A stretch of DNA of 64,000 bases from Alphaproteobacteria bacterium (lineage in GTDB: Bacteria; Pseudomonadota; Alphaproteobacteria; UBA8317). The translations under genes were made by a program, and so were the position numbers. This document shows positions 51,597 to 62,585 of this stretch, piece after piece (the stretch's first letter is position 1; each line of letters starts with the position of its first letter). Location: positions 1 through 64,000 of the forward strand of contig JAYPQH010000032.1 of assembly GCA_038131935.1 (NCBI GenBank). The letters run 5' to 3'. The notes under the pieces are model-generated. The model had not been told where the DNA came from. It ran no database searches and saw only the letters and a list, made by a program, of their open reading frames with translations.

Positions 51597-52400
51597 TCAA
51601 AATATGGGAAATTCTTCAGAAGGAAGTGGATCACCAGTTACCAATTGTAAATGTTCGAGAGGGGGAGAACCTTTACCCCCTTGATCTACAAAATGTGCGT
51701 TATCCCCAAGCCACCTTGTAGAAAATGCTCGTCGTCTGGTGTTAAATTTATGGTTTCCGGGAGCCGCATGAATTGTCCGAAAATCAAACGCAACCAAATC
51801 TCCTGGTTCCAATGCATAAGAACGGATGTCATAACGGTCAATCTGTGCGTCTATATCAGGAATTTTCTCTCGGGTATCACCAACATACAAATCTGTTCCG
51901 TCAAACCGCTGTGGTTTGTGGGTCTCTCCCAATAGATGAGAGCCAGCAACAAGACGCAGAGATTGGTCCTGTTCAACATGATCTAAAACCATCCAGAAAC
52001 TTACTGTTTGGTCTGCTGAAGCACAATAATATGGAGCATCTTGATGCCAAGGTGTTGGGATAGAAGAACCAGGCTCCTTAACCAATACATGGTCGTGAAA
52101 AAACTGAACCTTTTTTGCACCCATCAATTCACGTGCTAGGTTTGCAGCACCCGATGATAATACAAATGCTTTAAAGCCATCAAACCTTTGCCAATTGCAA
52201 AGATCTTGAAAAAATAAGGCACTGCCATCTTCTGGTTGATAGCTGCGCTCATATGAACTTGGCTTTTCCATCAACGCATCGATGGCATCGCGCAATGGGT
52301 CTACCCAAGACCTAAAACCACCACGTATCACCGCCACACCATCGCGTTGAAAATCTTGAACACAGGAGGCATCAATAGATATTTCACTCATTTTGCTCAT
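51597..52400 (-). CDS. Phytanoyl-CoA dioxygenase (PhyH) family Fe/2OG oxygenase
   Basis: FQRDG, TPWHQD, GSH, PGD..AF...TIH.APGN, RRRAFSTRW. Confidence 0.9.
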   Translation of the reverse strand: MSKMSEISIDASCVQDFQRDGVAVIRGGFRSWVDPLRDAIDALMEKPSSYERSYQPEDGSALFFQDLCNWQRFDGFKAFVLSSGAANLARELMGAKKVQFFHDHVLVKEPGSSIPTPWHQDAPYYCASADQTVSFWMVLDHVEQDQSLRLVAGSHLLGETHKPQRFDGTDLYVGDTREKIPDIDAQIDRYDIRSYALEPGDLVAFDFRTIHAAPGNHKFNTRRRAFSTRWLGDNAHFVDQGGKGSPPLEHLQLVTGDPLPSEEFPIF

Positions 52401-52414
52401 CCATTCATACCTAG

Positions 52415-53491
52415 TCAGTCCGTATTCATAGCCAAATTGGCAACAATTTCACCAATTGCTAGTGAAGAGGTTAAACCTGGAGATTCAATTCCTAACAGAT
52501 TAATGATGGGGCCATCCCTGCGAATAACAAAATCATCACCTGCAATTTTGGGCCGAATACCAGAATAATCAGGAGATAAGGTTCTATCCTCCACCCCCGG
52601 CCAATACCGCCGAACAGCCTCTCGAAATACAACTTCATCATCAAGTTCAACGTCATAGGTTTCCTGCTCAACCCAACGAACGTTGGGGCCAAGTCGACCG
52701 CGACCACCAAGATCTGCCGTGTAATGTATGCCTAAGCCGCCAGGTACAGGCGTTGGATAAATCAATGTATCAAAAGGGCCTTTACCTGAAATTGAAAAAT
52801 AATTTCCTTTGGCAAATTTTTGTGGTGGTTTAGGGGCATCAGACCAATGTTGCGCAGCCAAATCATAGGCACGAAGCCCAGCGGCATTAACAACCAAATC
52901 TACGGCCATTGAGAAATCTTCCCCAGAAGATAGTCCCTCCACTACAACTTGCGACCCCTGCAACATAGTCCCCTGAATGGAGGTATGTGGAACAAAAATG
53001 GCACCACAACTTTCCGCATCACCTAAATAGGCAAACATCAACTCATGGCAGTCAACAATACCTGTTGTTGAAGACCACAAGGCAGAGGTAACAGATAGTG
53101 CGGGCTCTTGCTCCATGGCTTGCGCACCGGGAACCAACTCTAAAACGACACCATTTTTTGCGGCTGTATCACGAATTTTTAAAAGGATTTCATCCTCTTG
53201 CTCGTTTGTTCCAACTATAAACTTTCCTAAATTTCGATGAGGAATGCCTTTTTCCGCACAATAGTCATATAAAAGCTGTTTACCTCGAACACAGCAACGG
53301 GCTTTCAACGATTTTTGAGGATAGTAAATGCCGGCATGAATAACACCAGAGTTTCGCGCACTCACTTCAGAACCCAAATGTTCATGTTGTTCGGTGATCA
53401 CAACATCCCATCCCGTCTGTGCAAGCATTTTTGCACAAGCAAGCCCGACGACCCCAGCTCCTACAACCATAGCTTGCCCTCTACCACTCAT
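52415..53491 (-). CDS. FAD-dependent oxidoreductase, L-2-hydroxyglutarate dehydrogenase (LhgO) family
   Basis: VVGAGVVG, SARNSGVIHAGIYY, KGNYF, GLGIH, YSGIRPK, GIESPGLTSS. Confidence 0.88.
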   Translation of the reverse strand: MSGRGQAMVVGAGVVGLACAKMLAQTGWDVVITEQHEHLGSEVSARNSGVIHAGIYYPQKSLKARCCVRGKQLLYDYCAEKGIPHRNLGKFIVGTNEQEDEILLKIRDTAAKNGVVLELVPGAQAMEQEPALSVTSALWSSTTGIVDCHELMFAYLGDAESCGAIFVPHTSIQGTMLQGSQVVVEGLSSGEDFSMAVDLVVNAAGLRAYDLAAQHWSDAPKPPQKFAKGNYFSISGKGPFDTLIYPTPVPGGLGIHYTADLGGRGRLGPNVRWVEQETYDVELDDEVVFREAVRRYWPGVEDRTLSPDYSGIRPKIAGDDFVIRRDGPIINLLGIESPGLTSSLAIGEIVANLAMNTD

Positions 53492-53696
53492 ACCAAAACC
53501 TCACTGCGTAATTTTTCTGATAACATAGACCATCGCCGAGGCGGAAAACAAGCAATCAATCCCTTACATTATACAGCGAAAATCAAGGAATACTTAGTTG
53601 TCAACATTCTAAAACAAACCAATGCTTGCCAAACACAGCTTCCCAATTGCAATCTTCATAAAACAAATAATTTTATCAACGTAAAAAGGAAATTTT

Positions 53697-54458
53697 ATGT
53701 CTGAAAATACGATTAAGGTAGCACTTATAACGGGGGCTGGTTCAGGTATTGGGCGCTCTGCAGCTCTCGCTCTTGCAAAAACAGGGCACCATGTTGTTTT
53801 AGCTGGAAGAAGACGTGAGCCTCTAGAACATACAGCTGAACTGGCCTCTGCCCATGGCGTAGACGCCTTGGTTATGCCAACCGACATTGGCAATCCTGAA
53901 GCGGTAAAAGAGCTTTTTTCTCAAGCTTTCAACAAGTTTGGACGACTCGATGTTTTGTTCAACAATGCAGGACTGGGTACCCCTGTTATGCCGATGGAAG
54001 ACATTCCTTATGAAATGTGGAAAACCGTTGTTGACACCAATCTGACGGGAGCTTTCCTTTGCACGCAAGAAGCATTTAGAATCATGCGTGATCAAACTCC
54101 TCAAGGTGGTCGCATTATCAATAATGGCTCTATATCTGCTCATGCACCAAGACCTTTCTCTTCACCTTATACAGCAACAAAACACGCAATTACTGGCCTT
54201 ACGAAATCAACATCTTTAGATGGTCGTGCCTATAACATTGCATGCGGACAGATTGATGTAGGCAACGCTGCCACAGAAATGACGGAACGCATGGCACAGG
54301 GTGTTCCTCAGCCAAATGGGACAATGATGATTGAGGACCGCATGGATGTTGATCATGTGGGCCAAGCGGTAGCCCATATGGCCAGCCTACCACTTGATGC
54401 AAACATTCAATTTATGACCATCATGGCTACCAAAATGCCTTTTGTAGGGAGAGGGTAA
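53697..54458 (+). CDS. Short-chain dehydrogenase/reductase
   Basis: [28 protein letters not shown]...YTATKHA, MPFVGRG. Confidence 0.9.
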   Translation: MSENTIKVALITGAGSGIGRSAALALAKTGHHVVLAGRRREPLEHTAELASAHGVDALVMPTDIGNPEAVKELFSQAFNKFGRLDVLFNNAGLGTPVMPMEDIPYEMWKTVVDTNLTGAFLCTQEAFRIMRDQTPQGGRIINNGSISAHAPRPFSSPYTATKHAITGLTKSTSLDGRAYNIACGQIDVGNAATEMTERMAQGVPQPNGTMMIEDRMDVDHVGQAVAHMASLPLDANIQFMTIMATKMPFVGRG

Positions 54459-54460
54459 TC

Positions 54461-55112
54461 ATGCTGCACGAAGTATCCGAAATCATTACTCATGAATGGC
54501 AGCGACCAAGCTTGGATATCATGCAAGGTTTTTCCGGGGCGGCGACAGGACATATTGCCGATGCTTTTGATGGGTATGCAGCTCTTAACTTTAAATTAAA
54601 AGCCATCATACCAGAACAAGCAAATTTCTTAGGCATCGCACTAACCTGTCAAACAGGACCAGCAGATAATTTGGCATTGCTGCATGCCTTAACCCACGCT
54701 CAGCCGTGGGACATCTTGGTTGTAGATACCCAAGGTTACACCAATTGTGCTGTGGCGGGTGACTTGGTTTTAGGAATGGCGAAAAATTCCGGTGTGAAGG
54801 GTTTTGTCACAGATGGATGTGTGCGTGATATCGCTGGTATAAGAAAATTAGAAATGCCTGTTTGGGCCATGGGTGTTACCCCTAATTCGCCACACCGAAG
54901 GGGTCCTGGTCATGTAGGCGGACACGTTGTTGGGTTCGACCATTAGAAGCGGCGATATTTTGCTGGCTGATGAAGATGGTGTTGTTGTAATCCCTGCCAA
55001 CCGTGCCGCCGAAATCGTGAAAAAAGTCCATGAAATTGCGCAGGCAGAACAAATTGTCGAGGCAAAAGTACATGCGGGCATGTCACAGCCTGAATTTTTA
55101 CAAAAGCCATGA
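54461..55112 (+). CDS. RraA-family / HMG-CHA aldolase-like protein (frameshift ~54925)
   Basis: GHIADA, PADNLA, AVAGDL, VTDGCVRD, GDILLADEDGVVVIP. Confidence 0.85.
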
Positions 55113-55290
55113 AAAACGCAATAAAATTTCAAAATTTTTAATCTTTTGAAAATTTTTTTGACCAATGGGGTGGTCAAGACCTTGACGGCCTGCCCCTTTG
55201 AGTTGTTAGCTCGAATAAGCTGCACTAACGTAGCTGCATAATCAATTGCACCAAATGGTGCGCATTCCGTAGATACTTGGGAGGTATCAC

Positions 55291-56343
55291 ATGAAGAATA
55301 TGTTTACCAAAACAACAGCTATTGCTGCCATGTTGGTCGCTGGTTTTGCTGTTGGTACACCCGACGCAGAAGCCAAGAAGGTTCGCTGGAAAATGCACAG
55401 TGCGTTCGGTAAGAACGTTGCTGTGATTGGTCCACCACCGCACCGCATTGCCGACATGGTCAATCGTATGTCTGGTGGTGACTTTGATATTAAAGTCTTT
55501 GAACCAGGTGCCCTTGCTGGTGGTTATGCTTATTATGACCCCGTAAGCCAAGGTGGTTTTGAAGCTGCTTGGGGTACACCAGGTGCAAACCAGGGTAAGA
55601 ACTCTGCATTTGCTTTTGCGTCAACATGGCCGTTTGGACCTGGCGCGCTCGAATTCAACGCATGGATGATGGATGCCGGTGGTGAAGCAATGGTTCGTGA
55701 TTTTTATGCGCGTGATGGCATTCACTACATGTATTGCGGTATGATTCCACCAGAAACATCAGGTTGGTTCCGTACTGAAATCACAAGCCTAGACCAGTTA
55801 AAAGGCCTTAAGATGCGCTTCTTTGGTATGGGTGCTATGGTGATGCAGAAATTTGGTGTATCAACACAGCAGCTTGCAGGTGGCGACATTTATCCAGCCC
55901 TGGAACTGGGAACTATTGATGCGACTGAGTTCTCAATGCCAGCAATCGACCGCACACTTGGCTTCCACCAAATTGCGAAATTCAACTACTTCCCTGGTTG
56001 GCACCAACAGTCTACCACCAACGAAATATTGGTGAACAAAGCAAAGTTCGATGCTTTACCTGATGATAAGCGCGCCATGCTAGAAGTGGCTTGTAAGGCA
56101 AACATTCCTTATATGCTTGCAAATGGTGAATCTATGCAGGCTAAAGCTATGCTCGCAAATGAAAAAGACGGTGTGAAAAATGTCCGTTGGTCACAAGAAG
56201 TACTCGATACCATTGAAGGTAAGTGGAAAGAAGTGTTGGCAGATGAGCGTGCAAAAAATGCTGATGTTGCTGCAATGATGGACTCTTTTGAGGCTTTCTC
56301 AAAAGAATACCGTGTATGGGCTGACATGGGTTATTTGAAATAA
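55291..56343 (+). CDS. dctP: TRAP transporter substrate-binding protein (TakP-like, keto/monocarboxylate type)
   Basis: Signal peptide; RWKMHSAF, PFG, GWFR.EI, GLKMRFFG, IYPALELGTIDATEF, YFPGWHQ. Confidence 0.9.
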   Translation: MKNMFTKTTAIAAMLVAGFAVGTPDAEAKKVRWKMHSAFGKNVAVIGPPPHRIADMVNRMSGGDFDIKVFEPGALAGGYAYYDPVSQGGFEAAWGTPGANQGKNSAFAFASTWPFGPGALEFNAWMMDAGGEAMVRDFYARDGIHYMYCGMIPPETSGWFRTEITSLDQLKGLKMRFFGMGAMVMQKFGVSTQQLAGGDIYPALELGTIDATEFSMPAIDRTLGFHQIAKFNYFPGWHQQSTTNEILVNKAKFDALPDDKRAMLEVACKANIPYMLANGESMQAKAMLANEKDGVKNVRWSQEVLDTIEGKWKEVLADERAKNADVAAMMDSFEAFSKEYRVWADMGYLK

Positions 56344-56366
56344 TCCACGACAAGCTTTGCAAACGT

Positions 56367-56395
56367 ACTGCGGCCCCCTTAGGGCCGCAGTTTTT
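56367..56395 (+). terminator. Terminator/stabiliser hairpin between dctP and dctQ
   Basis: actgcggccc-N5-gggccgcagt followed by a T-tract. Confidence 0.8.
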
Positions 56396-56468
56396 GTACC
56401 TTACGTGAACACATAAAATGACTTGTTGCGTGGATTTTTCAAATCATAATAAAAATTGAGGGGAAGGC

Positions 56469-57158
56469 ATGGAAGCGTTATTAAAACTTGCAGATGGTTT
56501 CGACCGTTTTAGTTCTTGGATAGGTAGAATGGTTGGTTGGTTAATGCTGCCACTAATTTTTACCATCATGTTCGATGTGATTACTCGCAAAATTGATGCC
56601 ACTAGGCTTTATTTTGCTGAATGGACAGCTCAGGGATTTTATTCTGTCTCAACCATTCTCCAAGATTTACAATGGCACTACCATGCGATCATTCTTATGC
56701 TTACCTTCGGTTTTGGGTATATGGCAAACGCTCATGTCCGCGTTGACATTTTTCGTGAACAAATGGGTAGAAGAACACAAGGTTGGATGGAATTTTGGAT
56801 GCTCATCATCATGGGTATTCCCTTTCTTTTTGTCTTGTTGTCGTTCTCGTGGGATTTGATGTCGCTGGCTTATCATCAAGGTGAAGGGTCTGAGTCTATG
56901 ACAGGCATCAACCAACGCTGGATAATAAAGAATGTGATGTGGGTAGGCTTTGCAATTTTATTTATCGCTGTCTTGGCTACAATCTCTCGTTTATGGGTCA
57001 TGCTCAAGGGATCTGGTGAAATTTCTGAGAGAGCTGCACGCAGCTTATCAATCTTCCCCAACGATGAAGAACTTGCTGAAGCACGCCGTGTAGCTGAAGA
57101 ACTTATCCGTAAGGAAGCAGAGGCCGCAAAGAATAAAAATACGAGCATGGGAGCCTAA
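56469..57158 (+). CDS. dctQ: TRAP transporter small permease
   Basis: Four TM segments; LQW, HVRVDIF, GEGS. Confidence 0.88.
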   Translation: MEALLKLADGFDRFSSWIGRMVGWLMLPLIFTIMFDVITRKIDATRLYFAEWTAQGFYSVSTILQDLQWHYHAIILMLTFGFGYMANAHVRVDIFREQMGRRTQGWMEFWMLIIMGIPFLFVLLSFSWDLMSLAYHQGEGSESMTGINQRWIIKNVMWVGFAILFIAVLATISRLWVMLKGSGEISERAARSLSIFPNDEELAEARRVAEELIRKEAEAAKNKNTSMGA

Positions 57159-57160
57159 AA

Positions 57161-58768
57161 ATGGAAGCTTTTTACGATCATATGTATGATTATGTTGGGG
57201 CTTATATGTTCCTAACATTAGCTTTGATGTTGTTTACGGGTATGCCCGTTGGCTTCGCATTAGGTGGTGTTTCCACATTATTTGCGTTCTTTTCTGTGTA
57301 TTACCTTGAAGCACTTGATTTTGCCGTATTCTTCCAAGTTATACAAAGAGTTTGGGGGGGTGATGGAGCCTCAGGTGCCGTCCAAAACCCAATTCTGGTT
57401 GCAATCCCTTGCTTTGTATTCATGGGCACCATGTTGGAAAAATCAAAAGTTGCCGATGAACTTCTCTATATCTTGCAGGTTATGTTGCGACGTGTCCCTG
57501 GTGGCCTTGCTCTATCAGTTACCGTTATGGGAACCATCATGGCTGCTACCACTGGAATTATTGGTGCGTCCGTTGTGATGATTACCCTCCTCGCGCTTCC
57601 AACAATGTTGGCAAGGGGATATCATCCTTCTTTGGCAACGGGGACAATTGCAGCATCAGCAACACTTGGTATCCTTATTCCACCGTCCATCATGTTGGTG
57701 ATCATGGCCAACCTTTTGGCTGTGTCTGTTGGAAATCTTTTCATTGGTGCAATTATACCTGGCTTGCTGCTATCAGGCCTTTATTTTGTGTATATCTTAT
57801 GTGTGGCATCAATTAACCCGAAAATGGCGCCAGCGCTTTCTGAAGATTCCATTCAATTGGAGCCTACCAGCAAAGGACACACGCTCGCATTTGCAGGTAT
57901 GGTTCTTGTTGCCATCATCATTGCTTGGGGTGGCCCAAAGTTGGGTATGTCTGACAATATAAACTGGCCATTGTTGGCATTCTTGGTTGTTTTTGTATCC
58001 GCTATGGTCATTGGAAAGTCCGAGGGCAACACTCTTTTGGGTGGTATCCTAAAAGGTTTTGTACCGCCTATCTTCCTGATAGTGATGGTTCTTGGATCTA
58101 TCTTTGCTGGCTGGGCAACCCCAACAGAAGCGGCGGGTGTGGGCGCATTTGGCTCTTTGGTTTTGGCGTGGGTGAACGGCACCCTAAACAAGGATGTTTT
58201 ATCAGCAGTATGCCATAGAACCTCCTTAACGGTGGCGATGATCTTCTTCATTTTTGTCGGCGCAACCGCCTTCTCAACCATTTTTAGAAACGTGTATGGT
58301 GAAGATCTCATTATTGAATTCATTGAGTACCTAGAACTCGGACCATGGCCTTTGTTGATCATGCTGATGGTTACAATTTTCTTACTTGGGTTTTTCTTTG
58401 ATTTCCTTGAAATCACCCTGATCATTTTGCCTGTTTTTGATCCTATCATCAGAACCATGGCCGTTGAATTCGCTCCGCATTTGGGGTTGGAGGATCCAAC
58501 AAACCAAGCGATGCGAGAATATGTTGAGGCACAGGTGATATATTGGTTTGCAATTTTGGTTGCTGTGAACCTGCAGACATCTTTCCTCACGCCACCATTC
58601 GGCTTCGCCCTCTTTTACATGAAGGGTGTGGCTCCCTCTGGTGTCAAAATGCAAGATATCTATAAAGGCATCATTCCTTTTGTTTGCCTTCAAGTTGTCG
58701 GCATTATACTGGTCCTTCTGTTCCCAGATTTGGCGTTATGGTTGCCTGAACAAGTATTTGGACGATAA
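57161..58768 (+). CDS. dctM: TRAP transporter large permease
   Basis: AIPCFVFMG, AATTGIIGASV, ATLGILIPPSI, ATPTEAA, NLQTSFLTPPFG. Confidence 0.92.
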   Translation: MEAFYDHMYDYVGAYMFLTLALMLFTGMPVGFALGGVSTLFAFFSVYYLEALDFAVFFQVIQRVWGGDGASGAVQNPILVAIPCFVFMGTMLEKSKVADELLYILQVMLRRVPGGLALSVTVMGTIMAATTGIIGASVVMITLLALPTMLARGYHPSLATGTIAASATLGILIPPSIMLVIMANLLAVSVGNLFIGAIIPGLLLSGLYFVYILCVASINPKMAPALSEDSIQLEPTSKGHTLAFAGMVLVAIIIAWGGPKLGMSDNINWPLLAFLVVFVSAMVIGKSEGNTLLGGILKGFVPPIFLIVMVLGSIFAGWATPTEAAGVGAFGSLVLAWVNGTLNKDVLSAVCHRTSLTVAMIFFIFVGATAFSTIFRNVYGEDLIIEFIEYLELGPWPLLIMLMVTIFLLGFFFDFLEITLIILPVFDPIIRTMAVEFAPHLGLEDPTNQAMREYVEAQVIYWFAILVAVNLQTSFLTPPFGFALFYMKGVAPSGVKMQDIYKGIIPFVCLQVVGIILVLLFPDLALWLPEQVFGR

Positions 58769-58772
58769 ACAT

Positions 58773-58810
58773 AGGGGCCTCTTGGTTTAAATTTAACCAA
58801 GGGGCCCTCT
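58773..58810 (+). terminator. Terminator hairpin after dctM
   Basis: gggcctcttggtt...aaccaaggggccc stem. Confidence 0.65.
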
Positions 58811-58891
58811 TCACGACATGGTTCACAAACAAATACTGCTTATCTTTGCAGTCTCCACCTAAACACATTCAACGCTACATGGAGAAAAATT

Positions 58892-59224
58892 ATGCTTCTT
58901 GATATAAGAACTTATGAATGCCATCCAGGAACTATCAACGAACACCTCGCTTTGTACGAGCAAATTGGTAAAACCCCGCAGATGCGTCATTTAGGTATTC
59001 CTCTTCTTTATGCGAAGACAGAAACAGGTAACCCAAACGTGTATGTTCATATTTGGGTTTATGAAAGTGCAGGCGATCGTGAGGCAAAGCGAGCTGCAAT
59101 GTGGAAAGATCCAGAATGGATTGCCTACACAAAGGCTTCTAAAGAACTGGGTGCCTTGAAATCACAAAAGAATGAATTGGTCACTCCTGTGGATTTTATG
59201 CCAATGCCGGTACAAAACCACTGA
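58892..59224 (+). CDS. NIPSNAP family protein
   Basis: DIRTY...PG, YVHIWVYES..DRE.KRAAMWKDPEW. Confidence 0.9.
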   Translation: MLLDIRTYECHPGTINEHLALYEQIGKTPQMRHLGIPLLYAKTETGNPNVYVHIWVYESAGDREAKRAAMWKDPEWIAYTKASKELGALKSQKNELVTPVDFMPMPVQNH

Positions 59225-59256
59225 TAAAATCAAATTAAAATAGTGAGTTACAATTT

Positions 59257-60174
59257 TTGTTGATCCATAACGCTCACATTTTGTTAATTCTTGCCACCCT
59301 TGGTTGGGGTGGCAATGCTATAGCCGGTCGTTTGGCAGAGGGACATATATCACCAATGGTATTGGTGTTTGTCCGATGGTCAGTGGTGCTCATCATTGCA
59401 TTGATTGTACGTCACAGACAGATGAGAGAGGCTTGGCCTATTATCAAACAACACGCAAAATGGGTCATACCCATGGCGTTAATTGGATTCACCGGCTTTA
59501 ATTCTCTTTTTTACTTCGCGGCACAAAAGACAACTGCTATTAACCTTGGTCTTATTCAATGTGCCATGCCAATTTATATCATGATTGGTTCAGCATTAGC
59601 CTTCAAAGAACATGTCACCCTCCTCCAAGCCTTTGGGGTTTTTCTTTCTCTTCTTGGTGTTGGATTGGTGCTGAGTGAAGGTGACTTGGAAACCCTTCAA
59701 GACATCCAGTTCAACCCTGGAGACCTTATCATGTTGGCGGCATGCATGTTTTATGCAGCCTATGCAGTTGGCTTACGCACCAGGCCAAAAAAAATAGATG
59801 ATATCACATTGATGGGTTATTTCGCAGCGGTTGCTTGGGTAGGTTCAATTCCCTTCATGCTGCTTGAACCTCTTTGGCAAACGCCACAATTGTGGCCCTC
59901 TGGTCTCATGGGGTTTGCATTGATTGCTTATGTCGCAATTGTTCCCTCTTTTATGTCGCAAATTTTGTTCATGCGGGGTGTGTCGATTATTGGATCAAAC
60001 AAAGCTGGCATATATGGTAACTTGGTTCCTATATACGCGGCTATCCTTGGCGTCATGCTGTTATCAGAAACATTTCAATTGTATCATTTTTGGGCAACCA
60101 TTCTTGCAGCAGTTGGTATTTATCTTGTTACAATCAAAAATATAACCTTTTATTTTCCGCCACGTGCAAAATAG
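59257..60174 (+). CDS. DMT/EamA family transporter
   Basis: WGGN..AGR, ~10 TM segments, GDLIML, NLVPIY. Confidence 0.88.
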   Translation: MLIHNAHILLILATLGWGGNAIAGRLAEGHISPMVLVFVRWSVVLIIALIVRHRQMREAWPIIKQHAKWVIPMALIGFTGFNSLFYFAAQKTTAINLGLIQCAMPIYIMIGSALAFKEHVTLLQAFGVFLSLLGVGLVLSEGDLETLQDIQFNPGDLIMLAACMFYAAYAVGLRTRPKKIDDITLMGYFAAVAWVGSIPFMLLEPLWQTPQLWPSGLMGFALIAYVAIVPSFMSQILFMRGVSIIGSNKAGIYGNLVPIYAAILGVMLLSETFQLYHFWATILAAVGIYLVTIKNITFYFPPRAK

Positions 60175-60398
60175 ATTTTTAAACCCCTAACAAGCGAACC
60201 TAAAAATATAGCACCGTAAAAGAAGACCGCAAAAGTAAACATTGTTCTTGCCCACTGCGCGAAACTATCCGTGATGAATATAAAGGCCACACCAGATGCT
60301 ACCAACATAAGCGTCGCAATGATGAGAGCTGTGATCGTTTTTCCAACCAATTTCTCCCAATCCCAGTCTTGTCCACCAGTCAACATCGTTACATCCAT
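60150..60398 (-). CDS. Small two-TM hypothetical membrane protein
   Basis: 82-aa ORF with two hydrophobic segments; convergent overlap with the DMT gene. Confidence 0.5.
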   Translation of the reverse strand: MDVTMLTGGQDWDWEKLVGKTITALIIATLMLVASGVAFIFITDSFAQWARTMFTFAVFFYGAIFLGSLVRGLKIYFARGGK

Positions 60399-60482
60399 TT
60401 TTTTATTGCGAATGAATCAGAAATCCCACAACATTTACAACGATTTGTTGTCAAAGCAATTCCTGTCTGATGAGGGGTTATC

Positions 60483-61286
60483 ATGTATCACACCAAACTA
60501 TCCAGTGACGAAATTGAGCATTACCATGAATACGGTTATGTTGTACCGTCTTTCACCCTTGCACCTGAGGTACTTAACCGTATGAGGGAAGCATTTGTTC
60601 AGATGCAAGAACAGAATCCTCATTTATCATCAAACAATATGCTATGCCCACATCTTGAGCATGCGGGTGTCCAAAATTTAAAAGGGGATAAAGTTTGGCT
60701 TGAGTTTGCATCATTACCAGAAATTTGTGATATGGTGGCACAACTCATCGGACCAGATTTTTTATTATGGGGGACAACCTTATTTGGAAAACCAGCGCGT
60801 ACTGGTAAGGAAGTTCCCATGCATCAAGATGGTGAATATTGGCCTATTCGTCCTCTAGCAACATGTTCTGCATGGATCGCATTGGATGATACTGATGAGG
60901 AAAATGGTTGTTTGGAAGTTATCCCTGGCTCTCATAAAAACAAGCAACTGCTGAAACACAAACAAGACGATGGCGATCATTTGGTGCTCAATCAGGTCCT
61001 ACTTGACCATGAATACAATGAAGAAGATCGCAAACCAATACGACTGAAGGCAGGACAAGTTTCATTTCACGATGTCTACCTTGCACATGGTTCTAAACCA
61101 AACCATTCCGATCGCCGTCGCGCCGGTTTTGTTTGTCGCTATATGCCCATGACGTCCCATTTTGACCATGAGCTTGGTAAAAGTTTTCAAAAGAAAACCG
61201 GCGTTGTTGACTTTGCCACAAGACGGGTAATTAAGATGCGTGGGGAAGATATATGTGGTAAAAACAACTTTTTAATAGGAACATAG
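60483..61286 (+). CDS. PhyH family Fe/2OG dioxygenase
   Basis: YHEYGY, PMHQDGEYW, WIALDD...ENGCL.VIPGSH, HGS.PN...RR. Confidence 0.9.
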   Translation: MYHTKLSSDEIEHYHEYGYVVPSFTLAPEVLNRMREAFVQMQEQNPHLSSNNMLCPHLEHAGVQNLKGDKVWLEFASLPEICDMVAQLIGPDFLLWGTTLFGKPARTGKEVPMHQDGEYWPIRPLATCSAWIALDDTDEENGCLEVIPGSHKNKQLLKHKQDDGDHLVLNQVLLDHEYNEEDRKPIRLKAGQVSFHDVYLAHGSKPNHSDRRRAGFVCRYMPMTSHFDHELGKSFQKKTGVVDFATRRVIKMRGEDICGKNNFLIGT

Positions 61287-61289
61287 TAT

Positions 61290-61775
61290 CTACATAAGTG
61301 TGATAGGATCACCCACATGAACCTCACCGCCTTCAATGATGCGGCAATTCAATCCTGATCTATTGTATAGAGGCAAATGAACGGGTTTTCCTAATAACTC
61401 TTGAAGGTAGGCGCATGGGAAATTGAGTCTGCCACCCTCTATAACAGCTTTACCCATACGAAACCTTTTGCCGACTAGGTAATTCAAAGGGACATTTTTC
61501 GTGGTGATATTCCTTCTATGTTCATGCGGTTCCAATGTTATGGGGCCGCGCTGAAGCGGTGGTTGGTTTTCATTCAAGGCGTCAAGGACCTCTTGTTCAA
61601 TCAACGTTAGCTCCCTGATGTCAGGTTTATCAGAATAGGTTCCTGTTCCCAAAAAGTAGCGATCGCCTTCGATGCCACGCCCTGCAACAAGGTTGGCTTG
61701 GCTGAGGCCAATCATGTCTTCTGAGCCTTTAGGGCAAATATGAATATGGGTCACCAAACCATTTTCAAAAATCAT
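61290..61775 (-). CDS. MOSC domain protein
   Basis: GIEGDRY, RELTLI, RRNITT, PC, SGL.CRIIEGG.V..GD. Confidence 0.88.
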   Translation of the reverse strand: MIFENGLVTHIHICPKGSEDMIGLSQANLVAGRGIEGDRYFLGTGTYSDKPDIRELTLIEQEVLDALNENQPPLQRGPITLEPHEHRRNITTKNVPLNYLVGKRFRMGKAVIEGGRLNFPCAYLQELLGKPVHLPLYNRSGLNCRIIEGGEVHVGDPITLM

Positions 61776-61881
61776 CAGCTCTTCTCCCAAGACATAACAA
61801 AATAAATATGACGCATAGATAAAGGCTTGGCTAGCTGAAGAATTCTGCATAATCTGACATAAAATATTGAGAAGGTTTCTA

Positions 61882-62571
61882 ATGCTGACATTTACCATTC
61901 CTCAAAACGAAGAATTTATAGAAATTCAAGAACAACCTATTCGTTTGATCATAGCAGGCTGGACAGGTCGCGATGCAGACAAAGTCCAAGAGCATATCGA
62001 AGAGTTAGCTGCTATTGGTGTCCCTAAACCTTCCACAGTTCCTGTTTTTTATCAGGTTTCCGCATCTCGGTTAACACAATCTGAGAATATTCAGGTGGTT
62101 GGTAACGGCGAAAGTGGCGAAGTAGAATTCGTTTTGGCAAACATTGGCGGGGATATCTATGTTGGATTGGGATCTGATCATACAGACAGAGATGCTGAAG
62201 TTCATGGCATTACGCTTGCAAAACAAATGTGTGACAAACCCATATCTCACGAACTTTGGGCGCTAAATGATGTTTTAGCGCATTGGGATCATATTGAGTT
62301 GGAAGCACGAATTCGCATTCATCAAGAACAGCATATTTATCAAAAAGGATCAGTGGCGGATATGCTTCACCCTGTTGATTTGTTAAACAAACTCGCGGCA
62401 AGTCGACATGGAGAACCACTTCAACCCGGTGAATGGATGATGTGTGGAACCTTACCAGCTATAGGCGGAATCAAGCCTGCCCATCATTTTTCTATGCGCT
62501 TACACGACCCTGTACGCAACAGGAGTATTTTCAAAGAATATAGCATCACCAATCTAGATATTAATGGATAA
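61882..62571 (+). CDS. DUF2848 family protein (FAH-fold)
   Basis: IAGWTGRD...VQEHIEELA..GV..PS.VP.FY, SGEVE, GSDHTDR, KQMCDKP. Confidence 0.85.
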   Translation: MLTFTIPQNEEFIEIQEQPIRLIIAGWTGRDADKVQEHIEELAAIGVPKPSTVPVFYQVSASRLTQSENIQVVGNGESGEVEFVLANIGGDIYVGLGSDHTDRDAEVHGITLAKQMCDKPISHELWALNDVLAHWDHIELEARIRIHQEQHIYQKGSVADMLHPVDLLNKLAASRHGEPLQPGEWMMCGTLPAIGGIKPAHHFSMRLHDPVRNRSIFKEYSITNLDING

Positions 62572-62585
62572 TAAGGGAACGCTTT

